From assembly GCF_042466455.1 (NCBI RefSeq), contig NZ_JAXHCI010000002.1:1470834-1502833 (forward strand): a DNA stretch of 32,000 nt. The letters are read 5' to 3'. Under the pieces are notes generated by a model. That model did no database searches, was not told where the DNA came from, and saw nothing but the letters and a program-made list of their open reading frames with translations. Position 1 is the first letter of the stretch; each line of letters begins with the position of its first letter. The translations under genes were made by a program, and so were the position numbers. Source of the stretch: Loktanella sp. R86503. GTDB taxonomy: Bacteria; Pseudomonadota; Alphaproteobacteria; Rhodobacterales; Rhodobacteraceae. This document shows, in pieces, positions 28,713-32,000 of the stretch.

Positions 28713-29288
28713 TTACTCTTCGTCGTCGTTCCCGGCAGAACCCAGATCGTCGAACAGTTCCTGAATTTCGAATTCAGCTGCTGCTTCTTCCTCAGCGGCG
28801 AGTTCCTGAATGGACTTGCCGGCGGCCTGAAGCTCTGCCTCTTCCTTGGAGCGGGCGACGTTCAGTGTGACCGTTGCCGTGACTTCGGGGTGCAGGTTCA
28901 GTGTGACGTCGTGCAGGCCCAGATCCTTGATCGGACCCTGCAGAACGACCTGGTTGCGGTCGATCTTGAAGCCGTTTTCGGCAGCTGCATCAGCCACGTC
29001 ACGCGGTGTGACGGAACCGTAAAGCGAGCCGGCGTCGGAAGCGGAACGGATGATGACGAAGGATTCGCCGTCGATCTTGTCAGCTTCAGCCTGGGCAGTC
29101 GCACGCGTTTCGGCGTTGCGGGCTTCCAGGGCAGCTTTTTCAGCTTCGAAGCGGGCCAGGTTTGCGGCGTTCACGCGCAGACCTTTGCCTTGCGGCAGCA
29201 GGAAGTTACGGGCGTAACCGTCCTTGACGTTCACGACTTCACCCATTTGACCAAGCTTGGCCACACGTTCCAGAAGAATGATTTGCAT
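28713..29288 (-). CDS. rplI: 50S ribosomal protein L9
   Basis: [35 protein letters not shown] signature. Confidence 0.98.
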   Translation of the reverse strand: MQIILLERVAKLGQMGEVVNVKDGYARNFLLPQGKGLRVNAANLARFEAEKAALEARNAETRATAQAEADKIDGESFVIIRSASDAGSLYGSVTPRDVADAAAENGFKIDRNQVVLQGPIKDLGLHDVTLNLHPEVTATVTLNVARSKEEAELQAAGKSIQELAAEEEAAAEFEIQELFDDLGSAGNDDEE

Positions 29289-29300
29289 GATGTATGCTCC

Positions 29301-29528
29301 TTACTTCACGGCGTAGGGCAGCAGGGCCAGGAACCGTGCGCGCTTGATCGCTTGTGCGAGCTTGCGCTGGTTCTTGGAGCCGACGGCGGTGATACGGGCG
29401 GGGACGATCTTGCCGCGCTCAGAGATGTAGCGCTGCAGGGTGCGGGTGTCTTTGTAGTCGATCGCGGGGGCGTCTTCACCCTCGAACGGATCGGACTTAC
29501 GACGACGGAAAAATGGTTTCGTTGCCAT
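29301..29528 (-). CDS. rpsR: 30S ribosomal protein S18
   Basis: [50 protein letters not shown]. Confidence 0.98.
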   Translation of the reverse strand: MATKPFFRRRKSDPFEGEDAPAIDYKDTRTLQRYISERGKIVPARITAVGSKNQRKLAQAIKRARFLALLPYAVK

Positions 29529-29554
29529 GATTTATGGTCCTTTCCTGATCTGAA

Positions 29555-29908
29555 TTAACGGCGCTCGCGACGGGTGTCGCGTTCGTCGCGCTTTTGCATC
29601 TGCACGGAAGGCAGTTCGGCGTGTGCGTCGACCTTGATGGTCAGAACGCGCATCACGTCTTCATGCAAGCGCATCAGGCGTTCCATTTCCTGCACAGCGG
29701 ACGCAGGCGCGTCAGAGCGCAGAAAGGCGTAGTGGCCCTTGCGGTTCTTGTTGATCTTGTAGGCCATCGTCTTGACGCCCCAGTATTCACTGTCGACCAG
29801 CTTGCCGTCGTTGTCGGCCAGCACTGTGCCAAAGTGTTCGATCAGGGCTTCTGCTTGCGTGTTGGACAAGTCCTGACGCGCAATCATCACATGCTCATAA
29901 AGCGGCAT
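29555..29908 (-). CDS. rpsF: 30S ribosomal protein S6
   Basis: MPLYEHVMIARQDLSNTQAEALIEHF...YWGVKTMAYKINKNRKGHYAFL; trimmed start at 29908. Confidence 0.97.
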   Translation of the reverse strand: MPLYEHVMIARQDLSNTQAEALIEHFGTVLADNDGKLVDSEYWGVKTMAYKINKNRKGHYAFLRSDAPASAVQEMERLMRLHEDVMRVLTIKVDAHAELPSVQMQKRDERDTRRERR

Positions 29909-30217
29909 GGCGTTCCTTTTCATATTGTTCGACGCATTTCATAGGACGGGACCAATACCTTCCGCACCCCGACCACGAGAGACTGCGCAGTGAATAACCA
30001 TTGCGGAAGTGGGCCGCTTATACACAAAGCGGGGGATGGCGCAACCCGCGGCTTGCGCGGTGGGTGCGATTGCATCGGGGCAGGATGCGTTAACCATTAG
30101 GGCAGTCAGACTAACAAAAGTCTAATTCCTAACATGACCTTAACGATGCCATGTTTTTGCCGCGAAGTCAGGGCCTTTTCAAACGACGTCAATCATCAGC
30201 AAAGAAAAGGTCCAATC

Positions 30218-30799
30218 ATGACGGACATGCCAGATACCAGCCGCGCCGTAACAATCGAGCAGCGCCGCCTTAAACAGGCAGATCTGGTTGTGACGGGCTT
30301 TTCTATACAAGAGGCCTATTGGGGATACCGCATCATACCAGAGGGCGCGCCGCCGCTTCGGCTGGTGGCGATGCAGGCGGCTGCAATGCTGGGCGGGGCT
30401 GCGCTGATTGCAGGTTCTGTTGCGCTGATGTTCATGAGCCGGTCGACGGATTTCATGTTCATGGTTCCGGCAATCTTGTTGCTGATGGCGTTGGGAACGT
30501 CGCTGATGTGGTTCGCAAGCCGGGGCACCATGATCAATATCGAGGTGGATGCGATGGCCGGCGAAGTGCGCGAGGTCGTCAGAAACCGGACGGGCGGGCT
30601 GTCCGTAATTTCCCGCTACGGGTTCGACTGCGTGGGCAGCGTCTTTATCCAGCGGCCTGCTGCGGGACCGGCGACACTGATGCTTCGCTATCGCAACACG
30701 GCGCGGACACTGGCGGTTGCATCGGGGTCAGAGGCGGATCTGGCGCGGCTGCGTGACCGGATGGGTCGCGATCTGATCGTAAAACGCGAGGCGGTTTAA
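30218..30799 (+). CDS. Hypothetical protein with two predicted transmembrane segments
   Basis: MTDMPDTSRAVTIEQRRLKQADL...; hydrophobic AAAMLGGAALIAGSVALMF and FMFMVPAILLLMALGTSLMWF; AAGAAAAG upstream of the ATG. Confidence 0.65.
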   Translation: MTDMPDTSRAVTIEQRRLKQADLVVTGFSIQEAYWGYRIIPEGAPPLRLVAMQAAAMLGGAALIAGSVALMFMSRSTDFMFMVPAILLLMALGTSLMWFASRGTMINIEVDAMAGEVREVVRNRTGGLSVISRYGFDCVGSVFIQRPAAGPATLMLRYRNTARTLAVASGSEADLARLRDRMGRDLIVKREAV

Positions 30800-30807
30800 G
30801 TGGTCAT

Positions 30808-30827
30808 GGCCGCGCAGTCGCGCGGCC
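30808..30827 (+). terminator. Possible terminator hairpin
   Basis: GGCCGCGC/GCGCGGCC stem just after the 30799 stop; only a weak T tract. Confidence 0.4.
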
Positions 30828-30956
30828 GTTTCTGGCCGGTGTGACACGCGGCGGGGCATTGCCGAACACAATCTGTTCATTCTTGCTGGATTGCCCTGCG
30901 GCATTGGCGGCGTCATCTGTTGGTGCAAGTTCAACAACCACCGGAGAGACCAGACC

Positions 30957-31532
30957 ATGAAGATCCTGACGACGTCCGCCGCCGCCCTGACCCTGCTGGC
31001 CGCACCCGCATTCGCAGCGCCAGAGGCTTATACGCTGGACCCAAGCCACAGCCAGATCGTGTTCGATTACAACCACCTTGGTTTTTCCACCGGGATGGGC
31101 ATGTTTTCGGGCTTTGAAGGCACGATACAGTTCGATCAGGAAGATCCGGCCAATTCGTCCGTCGAAGTCGCGTTCCCCGTGCGCAGCATGATGACCGGCT
31201 GGGAAGGCCGTTTCGAGCATTTCATGTCCGATGACTTTTTTGGCGCAGGCGAAGACGAGATGGTGACGTTCAAGTCCACCGCCATCGAAGTGACCGGCGA
31301 CAACACCGCGTTGATCACCGGCGATCTGACGCTGAACGACGTAACCAAGTCGGTTGTTCTGGATGCCAAGCTGAATCAGGCCGCCGATCACCCGATGGAA
31401 GGCAAGCCTTGGGCTGGCTTTGACGCGACCACGACGCTGCTGCGTTCCGACTACAACGTTGGCCAGTTCGCGCCCTTCGTCAGCGATGAAGTGAACGTGA
31501 AAATTTCGATCGAGGCGATGAAGGCTGAATAA
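30957..31532 (+). CDS. YceI family periplasmic protein
   Basis: Signal peptide MKILTTSAAALTLLAAPAFAAPEA; YTLDPSHSQIVFDYNHLGFSTGMGMFSGFEGTIQFD, ITGDLTLNDVTKSVVLDAKLNQ. Confidence 0.95.
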   Translation: MKILTTSAAALTLLAAPAFAAPEAYTLDPSHSQIVFDYNHLGFSTGMGMFSGFEGTIQFDQEDPANSSVEVAFPVRSMMTGWEGRFEHFMSDDFFGAGEDEMVTFKSTAIEVTGDNTALITGDLTLNDVTKSVVLDAKLNQAADHPMEGKPWAGFDATTTLLRSDYNVGQFAPFVSDEVNVKISIEAMKAE

Positions 31533-31583
31533 GCCAGGGCGATGCCTGCGGCGCGCTGTGCTGCGGCTTGGCTAGGATAAAGG

Positions 31584-31616
31584 ATGCGGGGGCGGGAAAA
31601 CCGCCCTCGCATTTTT
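31584..31616. terminator. Terminator between yceI-family gene and arsH
   Basis: ATGCGGGGGCGG GAAAA CCGCCCTCGCAT (12 bp with one G-T wobble), then TTTT. Confidence 0.75.
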
Positions 31617-31632
31617 GCATTTTAGGGGGCGA

Positions 31633-32000
31633 TCAGATCGCCTTTTGATTGACGCGCTTTGACAGCTCTGCCGCGCTTTCCTTGCGTTCACTGTAGCGGT
31701 CAAGCAGGTAGTCTTGATTGCCGCGGGTCAGGAGTGTGAATTTCATCAGCTCCTCCATCACGTCGACGATTCGGTCATAGAACGGCGAGGGCTTCATGCG
31801 GTCCGCATCGTCGAATTCCAGAAATGCCTTTGGTGTGGAGGATTGGTTGGGAATCGTCAGAAGGCGCATCCAGCGGCCAAGGATGCGCAGCTGGTTGACG
31901 GTGTTGAAGCTTTGGCTGCCGCCGCTGACCTGCATGACGGCCAGCGTTTTGCCCTGCGTGGGGCGCACGCCGCCAAGGGAAAGGGGAATCCAGTCGATTT
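31633..32000 (-). CDS. arsH: NADPH-dependent FMN reductase ArsH, 5' end beyond the window
   Basis: [46 protein letters not shown]; frame stays open to the window edge ([17 protein letters not shown]). Confidence 0.88.
   Translation of the reverse strand, partial: IDWIPLSLGGVRPTQGKTLAVMQVSGGSQSFNTVNQLRILGRWMRLLTIPNQSSTPKAFLEFDDADRMKPSPFYDRIVDVMEELMKFTLLTRGNQDYLLDRYSERKESAAELSKRVNQKAI

Noticed and set aside
30900-30956. N-terminal extension of the YceI-family ORF (start 30891)
   Set aside because: The signal peptide MKILTTSAAALTLLAAPAFA starts at 30957 with GGAGAG upstream; the extension MPCGIGGVICWCKFNNHRRDQT looks untranslated.

Overview
High-GC alphaproteobacterial chromosome segment, most likely Rhodobacteraceae / Roseobacter group judging from gene content and protein sequences. 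Most of it is housekeeping: serS, yajC-secD-secF, an Mth938-like gene, ccmABCDG, acnA, purB, glnA-glnB, nnr, tRNA-Leu(UAG), tig, a CpdB-type phosphodiesterase, an SDR, rpsF-rpsR-rplI, yceI and a partial arsH at the right edge. The most interesting region is 13.2-16.4 kb, an acyl-homoserine-lactone quorum-sensing locus. It holds a luxI-type synthase and an intact luxR-type regulator. A divergent LuxR-like protein keeps the ligand-binding residues but has no HTH DNA-binding domain, and it lies just upstream of, and co-oriented with, an isolated divergent fliG-like gene. The luxI ribosome-binding site sits in a potential hairpin. Other points worth a look: a nested multi-hairpin extragenic palindromic element (8325-8455), an 18-bp perfect palindrome between acnA and a DUF1223 gene, a stand-alone Hint-domain protein with an atypical block B, and a probable TbpB-like surface lipoprotein. 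All product calls come from reading the translated sequences from memory of family motifs; no search was run.
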